Positions 63,225-64,000 of a stretch of DNA of 64,000 nt are shown here, one piece after another. A program made the position numbers and the translations under genes. Below the pieces are notes generated by a model. It did no database searches and had not been told where the DNA came from. It was given only the letters and a program-made list of their open reading frames with translations. Origin of the DNA: Mytilus trossulus (Eukaryota); contig NC_086382.1 of assembly GCF_036588685.1 (NCBI RefSeq), positions 72,974,001 through 73,038,000 of the forward strand. Direction: 5' to 3'. Position 1 is the stretch's first letter, and each line of letters starts with the position of its first letter.

Positions 63225-63669
63225 GTAAGTTTATTTTGCACATATGCTCTTTCAATGAATTATAATGGCGCTGTTTAAATCAAATATGCAAGTAAAAACG
63301 AAACAATTCAAGACTTCTGTCTGTGGCAGTATATGTATTCAGCGAATCTTTAAGTCTTTAGAATTCTTAATATATAATGAAAGGTCGAAAAGCACATCTG
63401 GTGCGAAACAATTGGTACTATTTATGTTATTACATCATAGCAACTCTGATGCAAGATTGTACTTGATAGGAACTACCATGCATCTTTTGACTAAATCGTG
63501 TTGGTGTTATATATCGTTATGACGCATCCATATATTGTTTAAATTAAGAGTTTTGTTTAAGACTTATAAACAGATCTAAGGTTTTGTGGCCTATCGTTGA
63601 TGTTGTATTAAAATAATCTGGAAGCCTAATTCGGATCCCTTTGGTACCATTGATTTTACATCTATACAT

Positions 63670-64000
63670 CATGACGATATAGACCGACCACGTCCACTCG
63701 TATTTTCTGTCTATCTGCTGAGTTAAGCCTTTTTCAACTGATTTTTATAGTTCGTTCTTATCTTGTACTGTTATACCACTGTCCCAGGTTAGGGGAGGGT
63801 TGAGATCCCGCTAACATGTTTAACCCCGCCACATTATGTATGTATGTGCCTGTCCCAAGTCAGGAGCCTGTAATTCAGTGGTTGTCGTTTGTTTATGTGT
63901 TACATATTTGTTTTTCGTTCATTTTTTTACATAAATAAGGCCGTTAGTTTTCTCGTTTGAATTGTTTTACATTGTCCTATCGGGGCCTTTTATAGCTGAC
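63670..64000 (+). repeat. Common interspersed repeat (related fragments at ~5230-5420, 61115-61400, 3300-3600 antisense, 41980-42290 antisense)
   Basis: Shared motifs GCCTGTCCCAAGTCAGGAGCCTGTAATTCAGTGGTTGTCGTTTG and GGGGCCTTTTATAGCTGAC. Confidence 0.65.

Overview
AT-rich, intron-rich animal genomic DNA. The repeat families and gene content suggest a bivalve mollusc, probably Mytilus (inference). Host genes: the 3' part of a degenerate BIR/RING inhibitor-of-apoptosis gene (~322-8808, +) and the 5' part of a secreted PAN/apple-like + Sushi + fibrinogen-domain gene (55943 to >63224, +). The dominant structure is a 25.9-kb inverted dimer of an intron-containing PIF/Harbinger transposon (13233-39147). 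It has two near-identical ~11.7-kb arms, each with an intact 4-exon 346-aa DDE transposase. It also has one complete and one decapitated Myb/SANT partner gene, a damaged internal terminus, and a CTG target-site duplication confirmed by an uninterrupted copy of the target 2 kb away. Other notable items: Penelope-like retroelements of the Naiad type, one with an N-terminal GIY-YIG and one carrying a type II SECIS-like hairpin in its 3' UTR; minimal hammerhead ribozymes; an Ngaro-type tyrosine-recombinase retrotransposon relic with split direct repeats; Academ-like elements; a Helentron-associated repeat; and several MITEs. All calls were made by eye; no database searches were run.
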